Of a stretch of 64,000 nt of DNA, positions 19,300-29,885 are shown piece after piece (positions within the stretch are counted from its first letter, which is position 1; every line of letters begins with the position of its first letter). The notes beneath the pieces are model-generated. The model was given only the letters and a program-made list of their open reading frames with translations, was not told the origin of the DNA and made no database searches. This DNA is from Pirellulales bacterium (GTDB taxonomy: Bacteria > Planctomycetota > Planctomycetia > Pirellulales > Lacipirellulaceae): NCBI GenBank assembly GCA_022448265.1, contig JAKVCC010000007.1:94791-158790 (forward strand), given 5' to 3'. The position numbers and the translations under genes were made by a program.

Positions 19300-20922
19300 A
19301 TGACACTCTCAATCTTGTTGACATGGGCGCGACCTGGAAGAACCGCGATTGTCGCGCGACGCTTGTGCGAGACCGTTGCTATCCTGGTCGCGTATGCGGG
19401 GCTTCCCAGTGCGGATGCAGCGGACCGTTACTCGATGCAACCACTCCCGCCGGCGGACGGCATTCAGGCCGTGGCCTTTTACGACAACTCCTTGAAGAAG
19501 GATGCTAACGGGGATAACGGAGAGGATGAGGCAGACAAAAAGAAGCCCACAATAGAAGAGCGGATAGCCAATCTCGAAGATAGTTACAGCGATCTTGGAG
19601 ACAATTACAATAAGCTTACAAAGGAAAACAAGGGCCTCAAGAAAAAACTAAAAGCCCTGGCTGCCACCGGGCACGGCGAGGCGACTATGAAGGTAAATGG
19701 TCGTATCCATGCCGATATGTGGACCTTTCCAGATAGCGATGCAGCGATCAACGTTTTTGAATCCGGCAATCCTACCGTCACACCGCAAGATCGTGTGGGA
19801 TTCCGCCGAATGCGTTTTGGCGTGAAGGGCAATATCTGGAAGACGATGCTCTACAAGATCGAGATGGAATTCGCCGGAGGCAACGACTCTCAATTTCGCG
19901 ACGTTTATCTGGGTTGGAAAGAAGTACCTTTCTTTCAAAAAGTCTTGCTTGGCAACCAAAAGCGTCCCTACGGCTTAGATCATCTCAACAGTAGCCGGTA
20001 CAATGTCTTCCTGGAGCGACCATTCTTCATCGAGTCCTTCAACCAGGACTGCCGCCGGTTTGGACTTCAGTCGTGGGGAGTCTCGGAAGACCAGGCTTGG
20101 AACTGGCGATATGGCGTGTTTAACCAACACCTGATGCAGGCAAGCGGACAATTCGCCAGTGACCACTGGCAAGCCCAAGTTGCCGGCCGCATGGCCAACA
20201 CCTTCTGGTACGACGAAGCCTCTGGCGGTCGCGGTTACGGCCACTGGGCCGTATCTGGTACCCATGCAAAACCTGACGGGTCGGCTATTCCCGGCCGTGC
20301 GCCCAACGAAGCTCGATTTCGCCATCGCCCGGAGGCACGGTCTGCGGAGCACTGGCTAAGTACGGGACGAATCACCGGGGCAGCCGATTATCAGCTTCTT
20401 GGACTGGAAAATGTGTGGAATTTTGGTTCACTCCAACTGGTAGGTGAGTACCAGAACATATGGCTACAACGCGACCCCGGAACGGTGGGAGGAGATTCGG
20501 ATCTGCAATTCAACGGTGCGTATATGTACGCTGCTTACTTTTTGACGGGCGAGCACATGCCTTGGAATCGCTCCTCCGGACAACTTGACCGAATCAAGCC
20601 GCTGGAAAACTTCTTTCTCGTGGATACCTGCTCCGATGGCATCCAGGGAGGCTGGGGAGCCTGGCAAGTAGCCTACCGCATATCGTACGCCGACTTTAAC
20701 GACGACAACATCTTTGGAGGCCGCGGCCTCAGTCATACCCTGGGCCTGAACTGGTACTGGAATGCCTACTCACGCATGCAACTGAACGCTATCTACGGTG
20801 AAATTAACGATGCAGCGGTCAGCGATGGTGATAATACCAGATCCGTAGGTGCTACATCTCCCGGCGATATTTTGTCGGGCAACTACACGATTCTTGGCAT
20901 GCGTTTCATGGTCGATTTCTGA
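19300..20922 (+). CDS. OprO/OprP-family phosphate-selective porin
   Basis: N-terminal coiled coil, KVNGRIHAD, GFRRMRFGVKG, YKIEMEFAGG, GNQKRPYGLDHLNSSRYNVFLERP, YFLTGEHMPW, LGLNWYWN and terminal MRFMVDF. Start is probably ATG 19300. Confidence 0.88.
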   Translation: MTLSILLTWARPGRTAIVARRLCETVAILVAYAGLPSADAADRYSMQPLPPADGIQAVAFYDNSLKKDANGDNGEDEADKKKPTIEERIANLEDSYSDLGDNYNKLTKENKGLKKKLKALAATGHGEATMKVNGRIHADMWTFPDSDAAINVFESGNPTVTPQDRVGFRRMRFGVKGNIWKTMLYKIEMEFAGGNDSQFRDVYLGWKEVPFFQKVLLGNQKRPYGLDHLNSSRYNVFLERPFFIESFNQDCRRFGLQSWGVSEDQAWNWRYGVFNQHLMQASGQFASDHWQAQVAGRMANTFWYDEASGGRGYGHWAVSGTHAKPDGSAIPGRAPNEARFRHRPEARSAEHWLSTGRITGAADYQLLGLENVWNFGSLQLVGEYQNIWLQRDPGTVGGDSDLQFNGAYMYAAYFLTGEHMPWNRSSGQLDRIKPLENFFLVDTCSDGIQGGWGAWQVAYRISYADFNDDNIFGGRGLSHTLGLNWYWNAYSRMQLNAIYGEINDAAVSDGDNTRSVGATSPGDILSGNYTILGMRFMVDF

Positions 20923-21102
20923 GGATCAACGCTCGAAAGGACTGGAGTGTGGCGCGCATGAGCAGGGTTCCTCAGCATACTGATTACGACAGGCTCACCA
21001 CGGGAACCCATTTCAAAATCTGGTTTGGAGCCACAATTTTTGGGGCCCTTGCCGCCGATTGTTAATATTGACATGGGTTCTAGACTGGAGGAAATAAACA
21101 GC

Positions 21103-21789
21103 ATGAAACATCAGCCAATAAAATTTTCTGTGCAGTCGTTCTCGGCAGCTGTTTGCTTGAGCTTGGCTTTTGGATTCCAAGCTTTGGCGGAACAGAGGCT
21201 GCAACCGAACCACTCGATCTATACAACCCCGGCGGCGACTAGCCAGACCAATCTGAAGCAGGACACTGAGATCACTCCCGCTGCCTGCACAGATTCTTGC
21301 TCTGGCAGCCGTTGCTGTGAAGCGACTTGTTGTCCGAAACGGGTTACCGAAGAAGTCAAGAAGCACTGTTGGAAGGTGAAATCCGAAATGGTTTGCATTC
21401 CTGGATTCCGATTCCAATGCACTTGGAATCGCGACAAGGGCAATAACGCAAACTGCAACGATTGCTGTACGACCAGCAGTTGTTGCGATGCTAATCCACC
21501 CACGTGCGGCCGCGTACGGTGCATTCGCGTACTGGAAAAACACGAGTATACCTGTGAGGAATGCGGATACGAGTGGGATGTGAAAGGTGTTCGCACCAGC
21601 AAGGGACGATGCTGCGGGGAAGGCGGTTGCTCTTGTCCTTCCTGCGGATCGCAAAACGACTGCTGTGCGCAGAGCACTCTATCGGACTCCGAAGTGCGGC
21701 TGACTTCGGCAGAAGATGCCTTACCTGAAGCGGCTTCCCCTGAACACCAGTCCGTACTCGGTCGCTGGACGAAACTGCTACGGCGATAA
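21103..21789 (+). CDS. Secreted cysteine-rich hypothetical protein
   Basis: GGAGGA RBS, signal peptide, and 26 Cys in 228 aa by manual count. Confidence 0.75.
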   Translation: MKHQPIKFSVQSFSAAVCLSLAFGFQALAEQRLQPNHSIYTTPAATSQTNLKQDTEITPAACTDSCSGSRCCEATCCPKRVTEEVKKHCWKVKSEMVCIPGFRFQCTWNRDKGNNANCNDCCTTSSCCDANPPTCGRVRCIRVLEKHEYTCEECGYEWDVKGVRTSKGRCCGEGGCSCPSCGSQNDCCAQSTLSDSEVRLTSAEDALPEAASPEHQSVLGRWTKLLRR

Positions 21790-22531
21790 ACCGGATGCCT
21801 GCCCTCGGCCCTCCTCCAGGTTGAACAGGCCTTGCCTAATTTCACTTCCGAGCGGGACCTAGGAGGCGCTTGCCCGTAATCCGGTCTCTGGTTGGACAGT
21901 TGGTGACTTGGAAAGGCTGATTAGCATACGGCCAGGACGCCTTCATGCAAAACTCATGCACTTTGAGTGTGTTCAATCGGCAAACAGCAAAGCAGGCTTT
22001 GAATCTGGCGAAAGCCAGCAAAGTTGAATTAGCTTACAACACCCTGCAATTTGTCCTTGAATGCCCAGGGCAAGGCTAGCAAGAGTGTCGGCTCCGACTC
22101 GGGTTTGGTTCCTCACGAGTAGTAGTCCTATTCACTGGGCGTCGGTTTCATGGGGGGGCCGACATTATTCTCGCCACGGCGGCTAAGAATCTCTCGAGAT
22201 GCAGAGCTGGTTATGCTTGAACAGACCTACTTGTGATAGAAATAGTTAAACTCACGACGGCAACCTTGCCGAGAAAACCTGAAGAGTCCCGATAGTTTTT
22301 GCGTGTATAGTGTCTGCCTGAAATGAGGGTCGCCCGCAACCCATGAGTCAACTTCTGCCTACTGGCTGCCTGTGTATCGTCCCGGCCTAGTGCTTTATCG
22401 ACATTCGTTTCACTGAATGTTCAGCACTCGAGCCGGACTCTCTGGCCCCACGCGCTGCGCTCTGCAAGCGTATTTCATTCACTCCGCAATCAACCACGTT
22501 ACCCCCGGGTGACGATCCAGGAGCATGACCG

Positions 22532-23491
22532 ATGGCTTCCGATTTTCGTTTGAAAGACCAACTGCCTCAGATTACAGAACGGATTGTGCAGACGTACGAC
22601 GACTTGGGCACGATCAACCATCTCGACCATTGCCCGCTGCCAAGCTACGAAGAAGTCATCGCTGCCTCCGCAGATCTCACTGAGATTCTGTATCCGGGCT
22701 ATCGTCGTCGCGAAGGCTTGCATCAAGGCAACATCGCATTTTACGTGGGCGACCTGGTCGATCGCCTCCACGACCGCTTGACTATGCAAATTGGCAGAGC
22801 GCTCAGGCACGAGGCCGGCGCTACGAGCGACTGCGATGACGAGCACGATTACGAGGCCCTGGGACAGGCGAAGACGTTGCAATTCCTAGAACATCTGCCT
22901 GCGCTGCGCAAGGTGCTGGCGACCGATGTCCAGGCCGCATTCGACGGCGATCCGGCATGCAAGAATCTCGACGAAGTCATCTTTTGCTATCCTGGGCTGG
23001 AAGCGATCACCATATATCGCCTGGCGCATTTATTGTGCGAGCTTGAAATCCCCTTCATTCCGCGGATGATGAGCGAATATGCTCACCATCGCACGGGCAT
23101 CGACATCCATCCTGGGGCGACCATTGGATCGCACTTTTTTATCGATCACGGCACCGGCGTCGTTATCGGCGAGACGTGCGAGATTGGAGAACACGTCAAG
23201 GTTTATCAGGGAGTTACCCTGGGCGCTCTAAGCTTTTCCACAGACAAGGATGGCCAACTGGTGCGCGGACAAAAACGCCATCCCACCATTGAAGATCGCG
23301 TTGTTTTGTATGCCAACGCAACGGTACTCGGTGGCCGCACTGTAGTGGGACACGATGCGGTGATTGGTTCGAACGTTTGGCTGACCCGCAGTGTCGATCC
23401 TCACACAACAGTTGTACTTGAAAAGCCCAAATTGAAGATGCACAACGATGAGCCGGATGACTTAAGACCAGAAACGCAGTATCAGATTTGA
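22532..23491 (+). CDS. cysE: Serine O-acetyltransferase (long EpsC/CysE type)
   Basis: [60 protein letters not shown] and KRHPTIED. Confidence 0.92.
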   Translation: MASDFRLKDQLPQITERIVQTYDDLGTINHLDHCPLPSYEEVIAASADLTEILYPGYRRREGLHQGNIAFYVGDLVDRLHDRLTMQIGRALRHEAGATSDCDDEHDYEALGQAKTLQFLEHLPALRKVLATDVQAAFDGDPACKNLDEVIFCYPGLEAITIYRLAHLLCELEIPFIPRMMSEYAHHRTGIDIHPGATIGSHFFIDHGTGVVIGETCEIGEHVKVYQGVTLGALSFSTDKDGQLVRGQKRHPTIEDRVVLYANATVLGGRTVVGHDAVIGSNVWLTRSVDPHTTVVLEKPKLKMHNDEPDDLRPETQYQI

Positions 23492-23591
23492 GGAATCCGC
23501 CGCTTGCGATGTGGTGCCACACCTCAAAAGCCATGCCCTGGGCTTATGGGCGGTGCAGCGGCTAGACCTCCGCGCCGAAAGCCGTCACTTG

Positions 23592-24644
23592 TCACTCTTC
23601 AATTTTTTCCGCCGCACGTGGCAAGTAGCGACACAACGCGATGCCGCCGAAATAAAGGGCTATCAGCGGCACCGCCATGAGCAGCATGCTGCCTGGGTCG
23701 GCGGGCGTGAGAAACATCGAGAGAATCGAGATCACAAGAATGGCAATCTTCCACTGCGATTGATAAGATTCTACGGAAAATACGCTGATGCGCTCCAGGA
23801 AGAGCATGGCCAGCGGCAATTGGAAACTGACGCCGAATCCCAGAGGCAAAAAGAGTACGAAACTGATCCATTCGCTGATTTGCGGTGTTGGGTTTATGCC
23901 CATCTGGCCGTTAAACCAAAACAGAAATTCGAGCACAAAGTCGAACACGACAAAAAACGCCAGCGCAGCACCCGCTAAAAACAGGCCCAGGCTCATCGGC
24001 AAGAATACGTAAATGTACTTGCGTTCGTGCTTGTAGAGCCCCGCAGCGACAAAGTCCCAGATAAAGAAAAAAACGAACGGGCTGGTAATCATCGCCCCAA
24101 CCACCAGCGAGGCTTTCACGTATACCATAAAGGGTTCGTGTCCGGAGAGGCTAATCAGTTTAAGGCGAGGGTCTTCCTCCAGAGGTCGGTAGACATCCAA
24201 CTGGATTAAATCTTTGCGGGACAGACCTACCGGGGGTGCCTCGGCATCGGGTGCCGCCAGTCTCGGCCCTTCGTCCAGCAGGTCGGACAACACTTGGGCC
24301 AAATGCTGACGATTGACATAGATTTTGTAAGCGACTAAACCGTCGTTCGCCAATTTCTCGGCCGCACTGTCAAGATCGCCGGGTACGCCGGCGCCTGCCT
24401 TCTGTTGCTCTTGGAGTCGCAGGAGATTCGTCTCCTGCGCCTGACCGCGGTAAAAACTTTCAAGCGAATCACGAATTGGCGTCTGGATATAGTCGACGAC
24501 CGACCGGCCAAAATAAAGGCCCACCAGCGTGCCAATCATGAGAGCAATCAGCGACCTAAAGAGGGCCAGCCGAAGTTCTTCCAGGTGCTCCGAGAAGGAC
24601 ATCTTCGTCTTGCTGAGCCAGTCTTCTTGGTCGGGTGTGGACAT
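23592..24644 (-). CDS. tatC: Twin-arginine translocase subunit TatC
   Basis: MSFSEHLEELRLALFRS, EPFMVYVKAS, WDFVAAGLYKHER, FGVSFQLP and LTPADPGSM; long first periplasmic loop. Confidence 0.95.
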   Translation of the reverse strand: MSTPDQEDWLSKTKMSFSEHLEELRLALFRSLIALMIGTLVGLYFGRSVVDYIQTPIRDSLESFYRGQAQETNLLRLQEQQKAGAGVPGDLDSAAEKLANDGLVAYKIYVNRQHLAQVLSDLLDEGPRLAAPDAEAPPVGLSRKDLIQLDVYRPLEEDPRLKLISLSGHEPFMVYVKASLVVGAMITSPFVFFFIWDFVAAGLYKHERKYIYVFLPMSLGLFLAGAALAFFVVFDFVLEFLFWFNGQMGINPTPQISEWISFVLFLPLGFGVSFQLPLAMLFLERISVFSVESYQSQWKIAILVISILSMFLTPADPGSMLLMAVPLIALYFGGIALCRYLPRAAEKIEE

Positions 24645-24881
24645 GGATTTTGTATCGTAACAATGGATTGCTGGCTGTACAATGTTTGCCAGGCGAAGCG
24701 GCAAGAAATGCGAAGCCGATTATGGGGTCGCCCGAGTGCGTGAGGACTCTGTAACGCAGTCTGCTTGAGATATCCTTCACACCAGATTAATCGCCGCAAT
24801 TGGAATCGCAATATTTTTTGGAATCACAATAATTCTTGACGCCCCTGCCGCCCGGGCGCAAAAAAGTCACGGCAACCTTCC

Positions 24882-25853
24882 ATGAACGATCTTTGCAACC
24901 ATCCTCTTCGCTTTGAGCCCGTCTTTCGCCGTTATCTGTGGGGCGGGCGCCGATTGGCGACCATGCTGGGAAAACGTTTGGGAGCCGGGGACGACTACGC
25001 GGAAAGTTGGGAACTGGTGGACCATGGCTCGGATCAAACCGTTGTCCAGTCGGGTCCTGCCAAGGGGCTTACGCTGCGGCAATTGGTAGCCGATCACGGG
25101 GCGGACCTACTCGGCAAAGACGCCGCACAGACTCAGTTTCCGCTCCTATTCAAATTTCTCGACTGCAATCGTACGCTCTCCGTGCAAGTGCACCCCAACG
25201 ACGATCAGGCGAGAAAATTGGATCCCCCCGATCTAGGCAAGACGGAAGCATGGGTTGTGCTCGCTGCCGATCCGGGAAGCAAGATTTATGCAGGCCTCAA
25301 GCCGGGCATCGATCGCGCAGCCCTGCGTAACGCATTGGCGGAAGGCACTTGCGAAACATGTCTCCACGAGTTCCAACCGCGGGTCGGCGACTGTGTGTTC
25401 ATCGAGGCAGGAACGGTCCATGCGCTGGGCGCTGGACTGGTAATCGCCGAGATCCAACAAGCAAGTGACACGACCTTTCGGCTCTTCGATTGGAATCGGG
25501 TTGATGGTCGCGGGCAAGCGCGACCGCTACACATCGAAGAGTCGCTAGGGGTCACTAATTTTTCGCGTGGCCCCGTTTCCGCCCAGCAACCCATACCGAC
25601 AGCCATTGCCGGGCGAGAGTCGCTCGTCGCCTGCGACAAGTTTGTCCTGGACCGTTGCAGCGGAACGGGACCCCACACAATCGGCGGCGAAGGGAGATTT
25701 CATTTACTCGTAGTCCTAGAAGGAAGCGGTGACCTAAGCGGGATGGCGCTCGCAGTGGGCCATACGTGCCTGCTTCCAGCAAAGGCTGGCGCCGCAGTTT
25801 TCAAGCCGCATGGCAAGGCGGTCGTGCTGGACATCTACCTGCCCGAGGTTTGA
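24882..25853 (+). CDS. manA: Mannose-6-phosphate isomerase, class I
   Basis: YLWGGRRL, AESWEL, FPLLFKFLD...LSVQVHP, GKTEAW and GTVHALG...EIQQASDTTFRLFDWNR. Confidence 0.92.
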   Translation: MNDLCNHPLRFEPVFRRYLWGGRRLATMLGKRLGAGDDYAESWELVDHGSDQTVVQSGPAKGLTLRQLVADHGADLLGKDAAQTQFPLLFKFLDCNRTLSVQVHPNDDQARKLDPPDLGKTEAWVVLAADPGSKIYAGLKPGIDRAALRNALAEGTCETCLHEFQPRVGDCVFIEAGTVHALGAGLVIAEIQQASDTTFRLFDWNRVDGRGQARPLHIEESLGVTNFSRGPVSAQQPIPTAIAGRESLVACDKFVLDRCSGTGPHTIGGEGRFHLLVVLEGSGDLSGMALAVGHTCLLPAKAGAAVFKPHGKAVVLDIYLPEV

Positions 25854-26096
25854 AATATGAGACTGTGGATGTGAAAGCAGAGAAAGCACTATGGATCTGA
25901 CCGCCTCATTCGATTTTCAGCGGAAGGCACTGTATTGTCCGGCGGTGGCACAGGTCCATTTGCCACGCCATGATCAATAAGCTTCGAAAACTTCGCAATC
26001 AAACCTCCAGCGACCCACTGCCCTGGTACCTCGATCGCCAAATTGCTACACTTCGCGCGCCTTAGGCCGATGCCCGTCTATCTCCGCGGAGATGTC

Positions 26097-26372
26097 ATGC
26101 TACAGAAAGCTGCCATCCGCTTTTTTTGTTGCTGTGTGCTACTGCCACTGGGGGCCTGCTCTCCAGCCATGCGGATGCCTCGATTGTTGCACCCAGGCCC
26201 AGCGTCCATCCAGCGGCAGAATGCAACCCAATTTGATCCCTATCCTGCGAATGACCTAGCCCCTGAAATCGTTGGGGGCCGGCCCATCGATTTCCAGAAG
26301 CCGCCCAATAGAGTTGAGCGTGCCCGGCAACACCGATCCCAGCAGCCTTGGCGAATAGGACCTTTGCACTAG
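26097..26372 (+). CDS. Small hypothetical lipoprotein
   Basis: Lipobox-like PLGAC followed by PGPASIQRQNATQFDPYP...EIVGGRP...PP. Confidence 0.6.
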   Translation: MLQKAAIRFFCCCVLLPLGACSPAMRMPRLLHPGPASIQRQNATQFDPYPANDLAPEIVGGRPIDFQKPPNRVERARQHRSQQPWRIGPLH

Positions 26373-26800
26373 AACCAGTTTCAAAACCTGGTTCGGCGAC
26401 ACAATTTTCGGAGATCTTGCCGCCGATTGCTGGTTATGAAATGGGGGCTAGTCAAGTAAGGCCGCGCGGCGTGTAAAAGGCTGGGGCTCTCGCAGCGCCT
26501 TGTCGTCTCTAGATCGGTCCGGGCTGGCGATCCGTGTAATTAATCAGCCACTCGGCATTTGCGCCCGATTCCAACATCAGCATACGCAGTTCACCGGGGA
26601 CGTCTGGCGTCTGATGTGTGCCCAAGATCGCAGCACGAATCCATGTTCGCTTCCTGGCGCCGGTGGCTCAGGCGGCCAATTTTCGGCGACGCCCTGGGTT
26701 TTTGTGGGCCCCCGGGATAGGATGAGTAATCAAGGTCACGACAGCGACCCGACTCCGCGCCGGTCGCATACTTCGCGGGCCTATTCCCCCTGGGAAACCG

Positions 26801-27766
26801 ATGTCACGCATTTCCAAAAAACGCGCTGCCAGAAAATCGCCCGCGTCTCGGCCACCGAGACAGCGCCGCCCACCCGCCCACGCCTCGGAAACTGGAGGGA
26901 AGGACGTGGATGCCGGTGGCGATCGCTTACAAAAAGTGCTGGCGGCGGCGGGAGTTGCCAGTCGGCGCGAGTCGGAAAAACTTATCTTGGAAGGCCGAGT
27001 AGAGGTTGACGGCCAGGTCGTCTCCAAACTGGGTGCCCGCGCGGATCGCTCGCGTCAAACCATCTGCGTCGATGGCGAGCCGCTACGGCGCACCAATGTG
27101 GTTTACTATGCAGTACACAAACCCGAAGGTGTTGTCTGTACAGCCAAGGATCCTTCGGGCCGACCGCGGGTAACTGATCTGTTGCCCGCCGAGCTGGGCC
27201 GGCTGTTTAGTGTGGGTCGACTCGACATGTCTAGCGAAGGGTTGATTCTGTTGACCAACGATGGTGCACTGGCAAACCAGCTAACCCATCCGCGCCACGG
27301 TGTCAAGAAAACCTACGAAGTGAAAGTTGCCGGATATCTCGACCCGACCGTGCTGACAAAGCTGAAAAAGGGTGTCCACCTTGCCGAAGGCTTTGCCCGC
27401 GTGGTTCACGTTCGTATCAAGTCGCGCCGTAAAAATGCCACGCTGCTGGAAATGGTGCTCGACGAAGGGCGCAACCGCGAAATCCGCAGGCTGCTAGCTC
27501 GCGTGGGACACCGTGTGCAGCGTTTGACCCGCGTGGCAGTTGGATCAATTCGACTGGGCGAGATGCCCGTAGGGAGTGCACGTCGTCTGTCGGCCGAAGA
27601 AGTTAAGAAACTGCGTGCAGATGTGCAACCAGCAGAGCGCAAGCCACGGCAGCATCAAAGGGCGGGCGCCACGCGCCAAGCCGCCCCTGTCCAACGAACA
27701 CGGAAACAGACGCCTTCGTCCAGAAAGCGGACCGCGCGCCCAAGCCCCAAGGGAGACCGGCGTTGA
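26801..27766 (+). CDS. rRNA pseudouridine synthase, RsuA/RluB family
   Basis: S4 domain (RLQKVLAAAGVASRRESE), HKPEGVV, catalytic GRLD, LTHPRHGVKKTY and EGRNREIRR; basic tails. Confidence 0.93.
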   Translation: MSRISKKRAARKSPASRPPRQRRPPAHASETGGKDVDAGGDRLQKVLAAAGVASRRESEKLILEGRVEVDGQVVSKLGARADRSRQTICVDGEPLRRTNVVYYAVHKPEGVVCTAKDPSGRPRVTDLLPAELGRLFSVGRLDMSSEGLILLTNDGALANQLTHPRHGVKKTYEVKVAGYLDPTVLTKLKKGVHLAEGFARVVHVRIKSRRKNATLLEMVLDEGRNREIRRLLARVGHRVQRLTRVAVGSIRLGEMPVGSARRLSAEEVKKLRADVQPAERKPRQHQRAGATRQAAPVQRTRKQTPSSRKRTARPSPKGDRR

Positions 27767-28677
27767 GCGCAGCGGATGCCCGAATAGCGGACAACCCTTT
27801 GCATGCCTCCTGGTATGCCGACAAGGCGAGCCAATGTCAGCTCACCGTTCTGGAAAATGTGCAGATAGCCCGCGACACGTATCGGGTACGTTTAGATTGC
27901 CCCGCCATGGCAACAGAGATTCTCCCGGGCCAGTTCCTGATGATCCGCTTGCCGGATCGCGACAATCCACTGCTCGCCCGCCCGTTTGCCCTCTACGATA
28001 CGGTCTTGGACGACAGGGGTAGGCCCACCGCCATCGACGTGGTTTATCTGGTGATCGGCAAGATGACGAGTCGGTTGGCCCTTTGCCAACCGGGAGATCG
28101 GCTCGACGTGTGGGGACCTTTAGGAAACGGGTTTAGTCGAGAGCCAACCCAGCACCTGATTATGGTCGCTGGTGGCATCGGCCAGACACCCTTTCTCGCG
28201 CTAGGACGCCAGTTTTTGGGTAACCGCAGCTATGGTCCCCAACAGGAAAAAGTGCAAACCGCACCCACCGTTACATTGTGCTACGGAGTTCGCTCGAAAG
28301 AGCTGTTGGCAGGTGCAGAGGATTTTCGCGATTGTGGAATCGACCTGCGGATCAGCAGCGATGACGGCACCGTCGGGCACCACGGCTTAGTGACTGAACT
28401 GCTGGAGCAAGCGCTGACAGAAAAACGGGGCACCGAGGGTGCCCCCGCATCTGCACGCATTGCCTGCTGCGGCCCGGAACCGATGATGAAGGCCGTTGCG
28501 GCAATTGCCGGACGTCACAATGTGCCATGCGAAGTCTCGCTGGAAACACCCATGGCATGCGGCATCGGCATCTGCTTTAGCTGTGTGGTAAAAGCCACGC
28601 AGCCCGATGGCGATTGGGACTACAAGCGGACTTGCGTCGATGGGCCCGTGTTTGATGCAGAGAGGATCGTATGGTGA
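27763..28677 (+). CDS. pyrK: Dihydroorotate dehydrogenase electron transfer subunit
   Basis: PGQFLM, RPFAL, GPLGNGF, VAGGIGQTP, CGPEPMM and ETPMACGIGICFSCV...CVDGPVF (2Fe-2S); 4-nt overlap with the upstream gene. Confidence 0.92.
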   Translation: MSAADARIADNPLHASWYADKASQCQLTVLENVQIARDTYRVRLDCPAMATEILPGQFLMIRLPDRDNPLLARPFALYDTVLDDRGRPTAIDVVYLVIGKMTSRLALCQPGDRLDVWGPLGNGFSREPTQHLIMVAGGIGQTPFLALGRQFLGNRSYGPQQEKVQTAPTVTLCYGVRSKELLAGAEDFRDCGIDLRISSDDGTVGHHGLVTELLEQALTEKRGTEGAPASARIACCGPEPMMKAVAAIAGRHNVPCEVSLETPMACGIGICFSCVVKATQPDGDWDYKRTCVDGPVFDAERIVW

Positions 28678-28679
28678 AT

Positions 28680-29330
28680 CTATTCCGCCTTGCAGGCAAC
28701 GGCCAATAGCGGCTCGTCCGTGATGATTCCGTCCACGCCCCACTCGTAGCATTTGCGGTGCTCCTCGATCCCTTGCAGATTGTAGACCAGATTGCAGTGC
28801 CCCGCGGCGCTCGACTCCTCGATCAACTGTTTGTCAATGTACTCGCAGCGCCAGATAATTGTGCGGACATGTTGCAAGTTGGCGGCCTGAAAATCGGCAG
28901 GGCGATGGGCCACCGTCACGCCACATTCCACCTCAAGCTGCTGCTGCAACTCGCAGATGACATCATGCCAAAAAGAAATGACCAGTAGCCGCCTTGAAGC
29001 TACGAATGGTTTGATGGTCGCCAAGAATTTTTCGGTGGCGCTAGGATCCTTCAACTCGAGCACCCACAGAAGGTGATCCATCGTACTGAGCGCATCCTCA
29101 AGTGTTGGCGCCGTATAACCTATTCTTTGGGTGAGGTCAGCGTAATCCAGATCGCATACCGCCGACCCATCGGCAAGATGTCGGTCGTGAAACAGGACCA
29201 AGTGGCCATCTGCTGTCATTCGAATATCGGTTTCGATGCCATCCACACCCAGACGGTCAACCTGGTGGAATGCCTCCAACGTGTTTTCGGTACCCTCACC
29301 GGTATGACCACGGTGACTTATCGTCAGCAT
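28680..29330 (-). CDS. Glycerophosphodiester phosphodiesterase family protein
   Basis: ISHRG, ENTLEAF, GIETDI, LFHD, LELK and GVDGIITDEP. Confidence 0.88.
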   Translation of the reverse strand: MLTISHRGHTGEGTENTLEAFHQVDRLGVDGIETDIRMTADGHLVLFHDRHLADGSAVCDLDYADLTQRIGYTAPTLEDALSTMDHLLWVLELKDPSATEKFLATIKPFVASRRLLVISFWHDVICELQQQLEVECGVTVAHRPADFQAANLQHVRTIIWRCEYIDKQLIEESSAAGHCNLVYNLQGIEEHRKCYEWGVDGIITDEPLLAVACKAE

Positions 29331-29885
29331 CGGATCGCTGCCTCACCAAGGGTTCGTTCGACCGCGCCCGGCGCCCAGTCTTGTCTACACTATCCACTAT
29401 AGCTGCCCGCGCAATTCTGGGAACGCAGACGAAGTCATAACACCCGATCGAGCTCCTTGACTGGACAGGCGGCTGGTGACACGTACCGGCACTAAAGTGG
29501 GCCTCCGCAACCTGTTAAGCTGAAGGGCACAAAGGCCTTATAAAATAAGTCTAATTGGTCGCGCCATTTCCTTGATGCCAAGCCTTAATCTCGGGTAGGA
29601 TAGTGGGTACCCGCCCGGCGTCTATGTTATTTAGGACAAAGTCCTTCTCTGGGCCACTTCTCTGGGCTCGGTTCGTAGCCCAGATTTCTATCGCAAATTT
29701 AGTGAAGCAACGGTGCTAGTGAACTCAACAACACTACAAGCAAACCAGCATTAGATTGAGCTCTCGTGTTTAGCTTGGGCCAATGGTTAGCTTGAGGGCA
29801 ATCTTCTGAGATTGCTCCAAGTGTTGTTTGTCAGTTTAAGTTGCTTCCACTTCAAATGTCTCTATTGAAGTCATGGTTTTTTGTG

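Noticed and set aside
22200-22300. SAM-I riboswitch upstream of cysE (GGCAACC seen)
   Set aside because: The other conserved elements (AUC-AAGAG, GAGGGA...GGCCC, GGUGC) are missing.
29511-29519. CTTAACAGG half-site upstream of the glycerophosphodiester phosphodiesterase, identical to one unit of the porin box
   Set aside because: A single unit with no partner at 11-bp spacing is insufficient for a Pho box.
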